A stretch of 64,000 nucleotides of DNA from NCBI GenBank assembly GCA_020427965.1, contig JAGQNT010000188.1:708-64707 (forward strand). Reading direction: 5' to 3'. The number at the start of each line of letters is the position of its first letter. Position 1 is the first letter of the stretch. The notes beneath the pieces were generated by a model. The model was not told the DNA's origin and did no database searches. It saw only the letters and a program-made list of their open reading frames with translations. Below, piece after piece: positions 19,128 through 29,745 of this stretch. A program made the translations under genes and the position numbers. Origin of the DNA: Candidatus Saccharimonadota bacterium. Lineage in GTDB: Bacteria > Patescibacteriota > Saccharimonadia > Saccharimonadales > UBA4665.

Positions 19128-20222
19128 ATGGCAAAGAAAGAACACGAAGTCACCGAAGTATCGCTAACGATCAGTGCGAGGACAGTCGTGAAGGTTGTTT
19201 TGCTGATTGTTGGCACAACCTTACTGTTGGCTGCGCTGCGTAAAGTGAGTCATGCACTCATTCTGATTGGTACTGCAGGCTTTCTGGCATTAGCATTGAA
19301 TGCCCCTGTTAGCTGGGTGGCCAAGCGAATTCCGGGCAAACGGCGTGGCAGCCGGGTACTAGGTACCAGCCTGTCGTTCATACTCGTGGTTGTTGTTCTA
19401 ACTGCCTTTATTGCCAGCCTCATTCCGCCTATTTACCGCCAGACTAGCGAGCTAGTCGACAATGCACCGCAGATTGTACGCGACCTCAGGAGTGAAGATA
19501 GTGATGTTGGTCGTATCATCAAAAAGTACAACCTCCAAGAACAAGTAACCCAATTCTCGAATAAACTATCCTCCCGCCTACAAAATGTTGGTGGGTCCGC
19601 ATTTTCAACAGCGGGTAAGATTGGCACCAGTGCCTTTTCGGTTTTGACTATCTTAGCACTTACATTCATGATGCTCATCGAGGGACCAAAGTGGATCGCC
19701 CTGGGTACCGAATTGACGCCCAAGCGCAAGCGTGAGCACACCGAAGCGGTGCTGAACGAGATGTACAAAGTCGTCAAAGGCTATGTTAACGGGCAGGTCG
19801 TGTTGGCGGCCATTGCGGCACTAATGCTCCTGCCGGGTCTGTTGATTTTTGACGTAAGCTATCCGGTCGCGTTGATGGGGGTGGTGTTCATCTGTGGACT
19901 GATTCCGATGATTGGACATACGATTGGGGCTATTCTGGTCACGATTGTCGCGCTGTTTACCTCGCCGTTGTCGGCTATCGGTATTCTAGCGTACTACATA
20001 CTCTACCAGCAGATTGAGAATTATTTGATCCAACCGCGTCTGCAGGCCAATACGACGAATATGTCTCCGCTACTCGTGTTTGCCTCACTTGTCATTGGTG
20101 TGAGTTTCGGTGGTCTGTTTGGTGGCCTCGTGGCAATACCGATTGCCGGTTGCCTACGTATCTTTGTGCTCGATCAGCTCCACCGGCGCGACATGATTGA
20201 CGCTACTCCCGTTAAATCCTAA
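19128..20222 (+). CDS. AI-2E/PerM (UPF0118) family transporter
   Basis: 364 aa polytopic protein with a PerM-like layout (GLIPMIGHTIGA, YQQIENYLIQPRL). Confidence 0.85.
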   Translation: MAKKEHEVTEVSLTISARTVVKVVLLIVGTTLLLAALRKVSHALILIGTAGFLALALNAPVSWVAKRIPGKRRGSRVLGTSLSFILVVVVLTAFIASLIPPIYRQTSELVDNAPQIVRDLRSEDSDVGRIIKKYNLQEQVTQFSNKLSSRLQNVGGSAFSTAGKIGTSAFSVLTILALTFMMLIEGPKWIALGTELTPKRKREHTEAVLNEMYKVVKGYVNGQVVLAAIAALMLLPGLLIFDVSYPVALMGVVFICGLIPMIGHTIGAILVTIVALFTSPLSAIGILAYYILYQQIENYLIQPRLQANTTNMSPLLVFASLVIGVSFGGLFGGLVAIPIAGCLRIFVLDQLHRRDMIDATPVKS

Positions 20223-21622
20223 AGCGGGAACCAGATAACGCCGTCTGGTGTATCGCGTAGGCCAATCTTGTATGTCTCTAGCTTTTTTCGGACTTCATCA
20301 GCGGCATCCCAGTCCTGGTGTGCTCGTGCTGTTTCACGTTGGGCGATCAGTGCTTTTTGCTCCTCGTTGATATCATCGACTTCCGCCAGCTTAGTACCAA
20401 GCAGCGCGTCGATGTCCTGAAGCATTTTCTCAAACGCAGGGACTTCCTCTTGGCTGACCAATACAGCCAGAGTTTGTTTACTGATTGAGCTGAGGTAGTG
20501 CAGCGCGGCTTCTGTATGTAGGTCTTCGCTCAGAATGGCTAGTAGCTCGCCTGCAACATCACTAAATTCAAACGTGGCATGGTCGTGTAGTGCAGCGATT
20601 GGCTGCCATCGCAAAGCAGCCATGGCCTTGTAGTCGAGTAAGCGATTGTGGGCCGCCGCGAGGCTATCCCAGCTGAAGCGACTCTGGCTTCGGTAGTGAG
20701 ACTCTAGCACGTGTAGGCGTAGATCTTCCATGGAGAACCCCTTGCCTTCGATGTCTTCCAGAGTAATACCGTTACCGGTGCTTTTGGCAATCTTCTCGTC
20801 ATTAATCAGGATATGGTTGGTGTGCATCCAATAATGTGCAAATGGTTTACCGGTTGCAGCTTCGCTTTGCGCAATTTCGTTGGTGTGATGTACTGGAATG
20901 TGGTCGATGCCCCCACTGTGTATGTCGAGTGTTTCGCCAAGATATTTCATACTCATGGCTGAACATTCTAGGTGCCAACCCGGGAAACCCTTTCCCCATG
21001 GGCTGTCCCATTCCATGTCGCGCTGTGCGTCAGATGGACTAAATTTCCATAGCGCAAAGTCAGTCGGTTGATGCTTTTGCGGATTATGTTCCACCCGAGC
21101 ACCTGCTTGCAGTTCATCGAGATCTAACTGGGCGAAGTCACCATACGTGGGAAACTTTGACGTATCAAAATAGATGCCGTCATCGATCTGGTACGTGAAG
21201 CCTTTTGATTCCAGGAGACGAATAAGTTCAATCTGTTCCTGAATGTGGTCGGTTGCACGCGGCAAATGAGTAGGTTTCACGAAGTTGAGTCGGTCAATGG
21301 CATTAACGAAATAGTCACCGTAGAACTTGGCAATATCCCAGGCGGTTTTGCCTTCGCGTTTTGCTCCCTTCTCAAGCTTGTCTTCACCGTCGTCAGCATC
21401 ACTCACTAGGTGTCCGACGTCAGTTATATTCATGACCCACGCAACGGTTTGCTGATTGGCCATGAGTGTTCTGACTAAAATGTCGTAGCGTATGAAGGTA
21501 AACCAGTTGCCAATGTGAGGGTAGTCATAGACAGTAGGGCCACAAGTGTAAACAGTTGTCCTTGCCGGATCTTGTGGGGTGAATGGTTCTAATTGTTTGG
21601 TCAGTGTATTGTAGAGTTTCAT
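20219..21622 (-). CDS. cysS: Cysteine--tRNA ligase
   Basis: Class I HIGN (YDYPHIGN) and KMSKS-like (KIAKSTGN) motifs; MKLYNTLT N-terminus typical of CysRS. Confidence 0.95.
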   Translation of the reverse strand: MKLYNTLTKQLEPFTPQDPARTTVYTCGPTVYDYPHIGNWFTFIRYDILVRTLMANQQTVAWVMNITDVGHLVSDADDGEDKLEKGAKREGKTAWDIAKFYGDYFVNAIDRLNFVKPTHLPRATDHIQEQIELIRLLESKGFTYQIDDGIYFDTSKFPTYGDFAQLDLDELQAGARVEHNPQKHQPTDFALWKFSPSDAQRDMEWDSPWGKGFPGWHLECSAMSMKYLGETLDIHSGGIDHIPVHHTNEIAQSEAATGKPFAHYWMHTNHILINDEKIAKSTGNGITLEDIEGKGFSMEDLRLHVLESHYRSQSRFSWDSLAAAHNRLLDYKAMAALRWQPIAALHDHATFEFSDVAGELLAILSEDLHTEAALHYLSSISKQTLAVLVSQEEVPAFEKMLQDIDALLGTKLAEVDDINEEQKALIAQRETARAHQDWDAADEVRKKLETYKIGLRDTPDGVIWFPL

Positions 21623-22641
21623 GTCTGGCTTTCGTGCGTGAGATTGTCAATAAGTTCTGAGGCATAGGAAAGACACTCTGATTTAACCTCGTTAAATGGC
21701 TTGCCATTGGTCAGCTTGAAACCGCTAGCGTACTCGTGACCACCACCGCCCATTTTCTCCGCTAGTTGGCCAGCGACCGGGCTGTTGTAGTTGGCGCGAA
21801 TGGCTGCGGTGATTCGACCATTGTCGTACTGCTTGAAGACGATCGATAGCTTAACGCTATCGACCTGCAGCATGTCAAATTGTACTAAAGCTGCCGGATT
21901 ATAGATCGGACTAAAATCGTTGATTTCGTTCTGAGGAACTAGCACAGTGGCAATCTGGCCGTCATGCAAGAACTCAGTCCGCTCCATGAGACGAGATTTG
22001 TACTTAAATATCTCCACGGGCATCTTACTGGCTTGTCTGCGCAGTTCTTCCAGATTACTTCGATCAACACCCAGCTTCAATAATTGAACCATTGTTTCAT
22101 AGGTAGAGATCTTGGCGAGTGCGTTGCTGAGGCCCTGGGTGTCACCCAAGATTGCAGCCATAATATATTGTCCTGCAGCGCTATCGACCTGCCAGCCTAA
22201 CTGCTGAGCTAGCTGAAAAATCAACTCCCCAGTTGAGGAAATCGTATCATCACAGATCGTTACGGCACTAAAGTCGATACCGTTCTGTACTAAGGCGTGG
22301 TGATCCAGAACGATGAGCGGTCTACTTTTGATCCAGCCAAGATTGCCAGACTCGCTGAGTCGCTCGAATAACGAAAGTGTGGAGGCGTCGACGATGATTG
22401 CTATGTCAAATGATGTGGGTAGGTCTTTTTGGACGCGGTCCCAGCCCCCGAGGTAGCGCAGGTATGAAGGCATATCTACAGCGCAGTACAGACTAACTTC
22501 TTTACCTAACTCGCCTAATAGTTGCTCAAGTGCTAAGGCACTGCCTAGGCTGTCGGCATCGGGGTTGTCCGCCTGCAGGACGACGACATGCTGCGCTGCC
22601 TCGACCAATTCTTTTACTTGATTAGCTTCAGGATATTCCAT
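21619..22641 (-). CDS. DHH/DHHA1 phosphoesterase (NrnA-like)
   Basis: DNPDADSLGS, DHH (VLDHHA) and GGGHEYASG motifs. Confidence 0.8.
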   Translation of the reverse strand: MEYPEANQVKELVEAAQHVVVLQADNPDADSLGSALALEQLLGELGKEVSLYCAVDMPSYLRYLGGWDRVQKDLPTSFDIAIIVDASTLSLFERLSESGNLGWIKSRPLIVLDHHALVQNGIDFSAVTICDDTISSTGELIFQLAQQLGWQVDSAAGQYIMAAILGDTQGLSNALAKISTYETMVQLLKLGVDRSNLEELRRQASKMPVEIFKYKSRLMERTEFLHDGQIATVLVPQNEINDFSPIYNPAALVQFDMLQVDSVKLSIVFKQYDNGRITAAIRANYNSPVAGQLAEKMGGGGHEYASGFKLTNGKPFNEVKSECLSYASELIDNLTHESQT

Positions 22642-22664
22642 ATCTACCCTGTCATTATACGGTA

Positions 22665-23270
22665 TTAGAGCGCTCGACGATTCTCGAGTGCACGTCCCAA
22701 GGTTATTTGGTCGGCATATTCTAAGTCGACGCCGATTGGCAGCCCTTGTGCTAGCCTGGTGATAGTTACTTTTTGTCCCGCTAGTTGCTGTTGAATGTAC
22801 AGTGCCGTCGACTCGCCTTCTACGCTGGCGTTCGTGGCTAATATAATCTCTTTGACTGTATCATCACCAACGCGTTTGACTAGCTCGGTAATGTGCAGAC
22901 TCTCCGGCCCAATACCATCTATGGGAGACACAAGCCCGCCAAGCACATGATACGTACCTCGGAATTGGCCCGTTTTTTCTAGTGCCACCACATCGAACGG
23001 TTCGGCAACGACTGCCACGAGCTGTTTGTCACGCTCTGGATCGGTGTATAGATCTGATAATTCCTGACCGGAAGCAACAAACATGAATGTTTTCTGACAG
23101 TAGCTAACGCCCTCGTGTAGGCTTGATAGTGCATCGGCTAATTGAGCACTACTCTGTTGACCATGCTTCAGAGTGTAATAAGCATATCGTTCGGCTGTGC
23201 GTGGCCCTACGCCAGGCAAAGAGCCAAACGCTTCTATAAGCTTCGTAAGCGCTGGAGGCAAGACGGACAT
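22665..23270 (-). CDS. recR: Recombination protein RecR
   Basis: LPGVGPRTAER helix-hairpin-helix, a Toprim region and 201 aa length. The zinc-finger region is degenerate. Confidence 0.9.
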   Translation of the reverse strand: MSVLPPALTKLIEAFGSLPGVGPRTAERYAYYTLKHGQQSSAQLADALSSLHEGVSYCQKTFMFVASGQELSDLYTDPERDKQLVAVVAEPFDVVALEKTGQFRGTYHVLGGLVSPIDGIGPESLHITELVKRVGDDTVKEIILATNASVEGESTALYIQQQLAGQKVTITRLAQGLPIGVDLEYADQITLGRALENRRAL

Positions 23271-23273
23271 ATA

Positions 23274-23567
23274 CTATAAGCCGAGATCGCCCAGGGCACC
23301 CATCATTGGCTGCATTTTTTCAGCTGCAACGCGTTGACTCTGCTGGATAGCTTCCTTGACGGCATCCTCAACCCAGCGCTCTAGCTGGCCAATATCATCC
23401 AGATCAACACTCTCGGGATCAATGTGGATCTTTTTAATCTTTTGATCCCCGGTAATTTCTACACGAACCGCACCGTCACCTTCCTCGATCGTAATAATTT
23501 GTTTCTGTAGCTCCTTTTGGATCTTCTTGACGCGCATCAACATTTTGGCTTGATCAAATCGACTCAT
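23274..23567 (-). CDS. ybaB: YbaB/EbfC nucleoid-associated protein
   Basis: 97 aa, adjacent to recR, with a typical YbaB layout (KKIQKELQ...VEITGDQKI). Confidence 0.85.
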   Translation of the reverse strand: MSRFDQAKMLMRVKKIQKELQKQIITIEEGDGAVRVEITGDQKIKKIHIDPESVDLDDIGQLERWVEDAVKEAIQQSQRVAAEKMQPMMGALGDLGL

Positions 23568-23587
23568 TTTTCCTCCTATATCACTGT

Positions 23588-24820
23588 TCAGTATAGCAAA
23601 CTATCGTCGCTATTTTTACCCAGCCTGCTCCCGGCATGAAACGCTTGAGCCGTGTCGGGATGATGAGGCCAGGCGATGAAATACTGACGCAAGCTATAGG
23701 CGCTTGAAATAACCAACGCCAGCAACACTAGACCAATACCAAGTGTTCGAGCTAATGGATTACGTGGAAATATGCGCAACCACAAGTGCAGAATGTAGGC
23801 TATGCCACCCGCAGCTACCAAATATAAAAGCGGTACAAGGAGGCTCCGAGTAACAACTCCCTGAATGGCGACAAGTACAACGCCGAGGCCGAAGGATGCC
23901 AATAGTAATTTGGATCTATTTGCACTGCGGTGAAGTACGTAAAAATAGATGCCAGCTACGAGCATCATTGACAGAAATACGTCCAGGACTGGCAAATGCG
24001 CGAGCCAGAGTGCAGGATTACTTGGTGTCCAAAGCGAAACGAACAACAACGACTGACTAGCGCTATGGAGTATTGACATGATACCTGGCCAGGCTGTAGG
24101 TAATCCCATCCATGTTGCACTGTAGTGTAGGATGGGGTTTTGAAACACTCCCCATACTAGTGGAATCAGGAGAAATACGCCGACAAATGCTAGACCGAGT
24201 CTAGGCCACAACTCGTACCAGTCATCGAGGGCATCTTGAATGCTTTGTCGCTGCCAAATAGCATTGAGCACAACAAACCAAACAAGACCAGGAATATACA
24301 GGAGGACACCCATAGCAACAAGCCAAACTGGCAAGACACGGCTTGGATGCTCGGTTCGATCCAACCAAACATGGCTCGCAAGTAATAGTGGAAAGGCCGC
24401 AAAATATGCAATCTCCACTCCCCCTGAGCGTGCTACGTGCAAAAACCAGGCGCTGGTTGCAACCGTCAGGCACCCAAATATGGCTGTGCGAGGTCCATAC
24501 CACTTCATGAGTACATAGGCCACCAGACTAAAAGTGCCCAGTCCAAATATTACACTGGTCAGTCGTAGCGTCGTCACTAGCGTAAATGGCGTCACTATAT
24601 CCAAGACGCGTTGAAGCCCTGTCACTGGCAAGAACAGCGGATTGTCTACTACTGCGTGCCAACTCCGGCTGTGTTGAGCGGCACGAAGTTCAGGAGCACT
24701 TAGCCCGTTACCTGGCAGCGAGTCAAGCCGATAGGTCAGTAGTAGCGCGACGACTAGCATGGCGGCGCCAATAACTAGCCATTTTCGCCATGACAGCGAC
24801 TTCGCTTTTTTTCGTCTCAT
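23588..24820 (-). CDS. Polytopic membrane protein (possible GT-C/ArnT-like glycosyltransferase)
   Basis: 410 aa with more than 10 hydrophobic helices. The family guess rests on topology only. Confidence 0.45.
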   Translation of the reverse strand: MRRKKAKSLSWRKWLVIGAAMLVVALLLTYRLDSLPGNGLSAPELRAAQHSRSWHAVVDNPLFLPVTGLQRVLDIVTPFTLVTTLRLTSVIFGLGTFSLVAYVLMKWYGPRTAIFGCLTVATSAWFLHVARSGGVEIAYFAAFPLLLASHVWLDRTEHPSRVLPVWLVAMGVLLYIPGLVWFVVLNAIWQRQSIQDALDDWYELWPRLGLAFVGVFLLIPLVWGVFQNPILHYSATWMGLPTAWPGIMSILHSASQSLLFVSLWTPSNPALWLAHLPVLDVFLSMMLVAGIYFYVLHRSANRSKLLLASFGLGVVLVAIQGVVTRSLLVPLLYLVAAGGIAYILHLWLRIFPRNPLARTLGIGLVLLALVISSAYSLRQYFIAWPHHPDTAQAFHAGSRLGKNSDDSLLY

Positions 24821-24859
24821 GTACTTCCAGTATACCGGTTGTGGTTTGTTTTGCCCATC

Positions 24860-26215
24860 TTACTGAAACGGTACATCCGTATGGCGCTTGTCGAGGGATC
24901 GGAATCTCTGTTTGTCATTATCGAAATAAAGCTCAAAGTTACCAACGGGACCATTACGGTGTTTTTTGACCAGTATGTCAGTAATCTTCTTTCGTTCAGT
25001 CTCGGGATTGTAGTAATCCTCTCTGTAAATAAACGCAACAACATCAGCATCCTGTTCGATTGAGCCCGATTCTCGGAGATCGGCGAGTTGAGGTATCTGA
25101 GGATTGCGACTTTCGACAGATCGACTAAGCTGACTCAGGGCAATCAGTGGTACGTTCAATTCTCGTGCTACCCCCTTTAGTCCGCGAGAAATCTCAGATA
25201 TTTCTTGAACTCGGTTGCCTTCGCTGCCATATCGCCCACCGCCACTCATGAGCTGTAAGTAGTCAACGATGATGAGACCCAGGGGTCGTTGGTGTGCTTC
25301 ACGGCGGGCTTTTGTGCGCAAATCACTAACGGTGATACCTGGGGTGTCATCTATAAAAATCGGCGCTTCGGATAATGTGCCCATGGCCTGCCCGATTTTC
25401 TCAAAGTCCTTGTCTGTCAGGTTACCGGTACGAAGTGCCCAGGCGTCTACACCCGACTCCATCGATAACAGCCTGTCGACGAGCTGTTCTTTGCTCATTT
25501 CTAGACTAAAAATGAGAACTGGCTCTTGGGCCTGTACGGCTACATTGTGTGCCAAGTTGAGCTGAAAGGCGGTTTTTCCCATGGAAGGCCTAGCAGCCAA
25601 AATAAACAAATCGGATCGCTGCAGACCCGCCAACAAGTTATCCATATCCTTGAAGCCCGTCGGGATACCTCGTAGTTTTTGCTTGTCCTTGTGTAGGTCA
25701 TCAAGTCGCTCAAAACTCTCCGAGAGAATGTTCTCGATGCTAATGATATTTTGTTTTACGTGACGCTGTGAGACTTCAAAGAGTCTTGTTTCGGCTTCTT
25801 CAATAACCTCTTTAATACTTTTCGTCTCATCCGTGCTGGTGGTGGCAATTTCTTGGGCAGCACCCATCATTCTGCGTCGCACAGCCTTCTGCGAGACGAT
25901 GTCAGCATATTGCTCAGCATGAGCAGCGGTCGGCACGAAATTGGTTAGTTCAGTCAAGTAACTCGGGCCACCGACTAGATCGAGGTACCCATTATTTTTT
26001 AGTTGATCGGCCAGTGTCAGTACGTCAATCGGACTACGCTTTTCGTATAGCTGCATGACGGCATCAAAGATTCGTTGGTGTCGAATATCAAAAAAATCAG
26101 TTGCCCCAATAGAATCGGCAATTTTAACCACGGCATCACCATCGATAAGGATAGCGCCTAACAGAGACGCTTCAGCGTCCACATTCTGTGGTTCAGTTTT
26201 TGACGTTGGCTCCAC
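24860..26215 (-). CDS. dnaB: Replicative DNA helicase DnaB
   Basis: N-terminal DnaB domain (AEASLLGAIL), Walker A ARPSMGKTAF, and IVDYLQLM. Confidence 0.95.
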   Translation of the reverse strand: MEPTSKTEPQNVDAEASLLGAILIDGDAVVKIADSIGATDFFDIRHQRIFDAVMQLYEKRSPIDVLTLADQLKNNGYLDLVGGPSYLTELTNFVPTAAHAEQYADIVSQKAVRRRMMGAAQEIATTSTDETKSIKEVIEEAETRLFEVSQRHVKQNIISIENILSESFERLDDLHKDKQKLRGIPTGFKDMDNLLAGLQRSDLFILAARPSMGKTAFQLNLAHNVAVQAQEPVLIFSLEMSKEQLVDRLLSMESGVDAWALRTGNLTDKDFEKIGQAMGTLSEAPIFIDDTPGITVSDLRTKARREAHQRPLGLIIVDYLQLMSGGGRYGSEGNRVQEISEISRGLKGVARELNVPLIALSQLSRSVESRNPQIPQLADLRESGSIEQDADVVAFIYREDYYNPETERKKITDILVKKHRNGPVGNFELYFDNDKQRFRSLDKRHTDVPFQ

Positions 26216-26230
26216 GTCTCCTCCTTTGTA

Positions 26231-27727
26231 CTACGATTCTAGCAGTTCGCCGCCGCCAAAAATATTGCTTACGGTTGCTAAAGATGAAGTAGGAATCTGA
26301 GCAGTCGGTTCCGGGTGATCTGGATTGGCAGCACCTATCGGTTGCTGTAGTGGTGTCGCTTCACTGTCTTGGACGCACGAAATTGAAATGTGCTCCCCCG
26401 TTAATTCGTGTAACTTTTCTTCAATCAACTTGCGATGTTTGGCCTCGTTCATTCGATTTTGGTGGAATGCAAAGCGAAATCGCAGGCTTAATTCTCCACT
26501 GCCAAATTCCGGCTGCGCCATACGCATGATACCGTACAAAGTGTTATGGGTTGCCTTGAGTGAATCAAGTAGCTGTGGCCATACATCTTCAGGGACGGTA
26601 GCGTCGCTCTTTTTGACTTTGGCAGCTCTGGTTTCGGTGTCTTTGGAGATTGTCGGAGGCGTCACCTCTGGTTTGATGGCTGGAGTCGGGGTAACCATTT
26701 TCTTGGCTGGTGGCGGAGTTTCTGGTGCAGTTGGCGTGGCTTCCGTCACTACTGCGGAATTGGATGGTCTTGTCGGTAGGCTTTCTAGCAGACAAATCTC
26801 CAACATGCGTGCAGGGTCGCTGGCAGCTGGTACATCTAGCAAGCTTCTGAGTAGCGACAATTGTGCATCGTAAGCAAGCTGAGGTGTTTCTGCCAAAAGA
26901 GATTGGCGGAGAAAATTACCGAGTTGTTTGGCAACTGCAGTGGGCCTAAAGCCCTGGTCGTACAGATAGTCAAGTTGAGTAATTAGTTCGTTGGCATTTG
27001 CCGATTGTAGACCTTCGGCAATGGACTGCAAAGCTGCTACAGGTGGTACCCCAAGCATAGCTTCGGCGATTTGTCTCGTGACTTTTTCAGCGCGATTACC
27101 GGCCTGATCCAGCAGACTAATGCTGTCGCGGAAACTGCCAGCTCCGTGTTCAGCAAATAATTCCAGTGCATCATCGTCAATGCGTATTTTTTCCTGTTCG
27201 GCGATGGTCTTGAGATGGCCAACGACTTTGCTTTTCTCTACGGGGCGGAATACGTACCGTTGAGTTCGACTGATGATTGTCTCTGGCAGTTTATGAACCT
27301 CTGTTGTAGCTAGGATAAATATAACGTGTTCAGGTGGTTCTTCGAGAGTTTTGAGGAGCGCATTGAATGCTGGCGTAGTCAGCATGTGGACCTCGTCGAT
27401 TATGTAGACTTTGTATTTTGCGCTAGCGGGTGCCATGTAGACTTTTTCGCGCAAGTCACGGATCTCGTCGATACCTCTGTTAGATGCGGCGTCAATTTCG
27501 ATAATATCAATATGGTTGTCTTCGTGCTCGTAGGCGAGTCCATTGATTTCGTGCGCTAATATCCGAGCAATGCTGGTCTTGCCCACGCCCCGAGGACCCG
27601 TGAAAAGGTACGCGTGACTCACGCGTCCCTGCTTAAGTGCGGCCGATAGTGTGTCGGTGATATGCTCTTGGCCAACAATATCGCCGAGTCGCTTTGACCG
27701 GTACTTTCTGTATAAAGCCTGCCCCAT
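26231..27727 (-). CDS. dnaX: DNA polymerase III subunit gamma/tau
   Basis: YRKYRSKRLGDIVGQEH, GPRGVGKTS, and IIDEVHMLT. Confidence 0.9.
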   Translation of the reverse strand: MGQALYRKYRSKRLGDIVGQEHITDTLSAALKQGRVSHAYLFTGPRGVGKTSIARILAHEINGLAYEHEDNHIDIIEIDAASNRGIDEIRDLREKVYMAPASAKYKVYIIDEVHMLTTPAFNALLKTLEEPPEHVIFILATTEVHKLPETIISRTQRYVFRPVEKSKVVGHLKTIAEQEKIRIDDDALELFAEHGAGSFRDSISLLDQAGNRAEKVTRQIAEAMLGVPPVAALQSIAEGLQSANANELITQLDYLYDQGFRPTAVAKQLGNFLRQSLLAETPQLAYDAQLSLLRSLLDVPAASDPARMLEICLLESLPTRPSNSAVVTEATPTAPETPPPAKKMVTPTPAIKPEVTPPTISKDTETRAAKVKKSDATVPEDVWPQLLDSLKATHNTLYGIMRMAQPEFGSGELSLRFRFAFHQNRMNEAKHRKLIEEKLHELTGEHISISCVQDSEATPLQQPIGAANPDHPEPTAQIPTSSLATVSNIFGGGELLES

Positions 27728-27834
27728 TACTCACTATTATACTCGTGCTTTAGTCGAAAATCTGCTGTAAAATGCACGATTCAACTGTTGAAAAGCCGAC
27801 ACAAACGCGCCGGCTGTCAGACTAGTCAAAGCTA

Positions 27835-28344
27835 TTATAGGGCGGCTTCGAGGGCAGCCCACTCGGCGTTGCTGTCGTCTTCTGGGACGTTCACGCTGAC
27901 CTGGTCACCTGGTTTTGCCTTGAAATAAGTGACGCTGGCTAGCAAGACGCGGAATTTTTTGCTGTTCGCATCGACAAAATAATGACCGTTTTCCAGAATG
28001 AGCGCACCAACAATTTGCTTTCGCGGCACGGGACCGATCTGCTTGTACAGGAATGCACCGTCATCAGCAATGGTTAGCTTCAGGATATCTCCCTGAACCA
28101 GCTTGGATTTGCTAGCGTAGTTGGCCGGAACTGGGTATGTTTTGCCGTCACTGCCAACCATGTTTTGACCGTCGAATACGCCTTCGATGACCTTGCCGAG
28201 TGTATCTTCACGGGCAACGGGGGCAACTTTAGCATCATCACCAACAATACTCACTAGTAATTCGGTTGCTGCAGCCAAACTTGTCTCAGCCTCCTGTATC
28301 AGGGTGCGGAGTCGTTTGACCTGTTTCTCTGGGACATCTGCCAT
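27835..28344 (-). CDS. Hypothetical 169-aa protein
   Basis: Clean ORF with a coiled-coil-like N-terminus and a beta-rich C-terminus. No family recognised. Confidence 0.55.
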   Translation of the reverse strand: MADVPEKQVKRLRTLIQEAETSLAAATELLVSIVGDDAKVAPVAREDTLGKVIEGVFDGQNMVGSDGKTYPVPANYASKSKLVQGDILKLTIADDGAFLYKQIGPVPRKQIVGALILENGHYFVDANSKKFRVLLASVTYFKAKPGDQVSVNVPEDDSNAEWAALEAAL

Positions 28345-28459
28345 TTTGTGTTACCTTTTCCAAATCTTCAAACGTAAGTGTTTGTTTGCACTTCACCCTA
28401 AAAGTACCATGGTTACCCTGTCAAGTCAAAAGGCTACCCCCTACCTGTGGATAACTTCA

Positions 28460-29227
28460 TTATCTATCTGGGCGCTGGGCTACCGATAACCCCGGCAAGA
28501 CATTGTCCCATGCCTCAGCAGGTGTATCACTGTCTACTTGCTCAATCAGATCACTAACGTCGAAGTATCTGTCGATAAGCATCTTCGGTATATCCCGCGA
28601 ACCAAGGCCGTGACCAAAGTATTCGTCAAAAATCTTCCGATAACCAAGATGCCACGTCATGTCAGTTTGTCGTGGAAAGCTAATCCCGCCCTTTCTGGGA
28701 GCACTACCCATTGTCCGATAATAGTTGGCGATCAGTAGTGCTTCGGGCATCGCGGTACCATCTTCTAGATTAGCCCGCCCTACGGACAGAATAGGTGCAA
28801 CTGCTCTGCCAATATAATCCTCACCATTTAGTTCTACCGAATACTGAAGGGGTTCCAATGCAGCCCTTTCGGGTAGGCGAGCATAACGCTCGCCAAAATT
28901 TGCCGGCAAGCGGAATGTATGTGCCCCACTTTGCATCATGACCTCAAGCGAGCCGAGCGAATTGCCAATCCGTTGCAATTCAAAAAATGTGTCCTCTTCA
29001 GGGTTTGGCGTGCCGGGCCGACGCCCAGCTATCGGATCAATGTCAACACCTCCAAAGGCCAGCGCGAAGGCACTAACATCAGTCGTTCTGCCATCAAGGT
29101 TGTCTACTATGTAGGCGGCAGCATTATCCATCGCTTCAACGCGGCTCCTTGCGGTCATTTCATCAATTTGCCGTAATTGCTGCCTAATGTCGGTAAACGC
29201 GGCAGTCGCTTCTCTTCCGTGCGCCAT
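28460..29227 (-). CDS. Hypothetical 255-aa protein
   Basis: Start set at MAHGREATAAF (AAGGAG RBS upstream), not the track start at 29287. No family recognised. Confidence 0.55.
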   Translation of the reverse strand: MAHGREATAAFTDIRQQLRQIDEMTARSRVEAMDNAAAYIVDNLDGRTTDVSAFALAFGGVDIDPIAGRRPGTPNPEEDTFFELQRIGNSLGSLEVMMQSGAHTFRLPANFGERYARLPERAALEPLQYSVELNGEDYIGRAVAPILSVGRANLEDGTAMPEALLIANYYRTMGSAPRKGGISFPRQTDMTWHLGYRKIFDEYFGHGLGSRDIPKMLIDRYFDVSDLIEQVDSDTPAEAWDNVLPGLSVAQRPDR

Positions 29228-29289
29228 GAGTTCTCCTTTGAAGCCTATTATTCTACGCTCTGGGGGTGAGCGCAAGCACAAGGACAATC

Positions 29290-29316
29290 AAAAACCGCCC
29301 CGGAGGGACGGTTTTT
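29290..29316 (-). terminator. Intrinsic terminator after rplL
   Basis: Minus-strand AAAAACCGTCCC-TCC-GGGGCGGTTTTT. Confidence 0.7.
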
Positions 29317-29335
29317 GTGCCTAAGTTACGTGTGA

Positions 29336-29722
29336 TTAGGCAAGTTCGACAGTAGCGCCAGCGTCCTCGAGGGCTTTCTTGGCGTTTTCTGCGTCTTCTT
29401 TAGCGGCTTTCTCGAGCACAGGCTTTGGTGCGCCGTCTACGAGAGCTTTCGCCTCACCCAGACCAAGACCGGTCAGGTCCTTAACAGCCTTAATGACCGC
29501 AACTTTCTGAGCGCCAGCGTCCTTCAGAACGACGTCGTATTCGCTCTTTTCGTCAGCGGCGGCTGCACCAGCGTCACCGCCAGCAGCCGGGCCAGCAACT
29601 GCAACAGCTGCAGCAGCAGGTTCAATACCGTATTCGTCCTTTAGGACTGTTTTTAGTTCGTTTACTTCGAGAACTGTCAGTTTTGTCAGTTCTTCGGCTA
29701 GTTTCTTTACATCTGTAGCCAT
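29336..29722 (-). CDS. rplL: 50S ribosomal protein L7/L12
   Basis: Ala-rich hinge and C-terminal domain ([28 protein letters not shown]). Confidence 0.95.
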   Translation of the reverse strand: MATDVKKLAEELTKLTVLEVNELKTVLKDEYGIEPAAAAVAVAGPAAGGDAGAAAADEKSEYDVVLKDAGAQKVAVIKAVKDLTGLGLGEAKALVDGAPKPVLEKAAKEDAENAKKALEDAGATVELA

Positions 29723-29745
29723 GATTATCTCCTTACTGAATGATA

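Noticed and set aside
26231-27727. Possible programmed -1 frameshift in dnaX (tau/gamma), as in E. coli.
   Set aside because: I did not find an A AAA AAG-type slippery site with a downstream hairpin in the appropriate region, so there is no basis to claim it.
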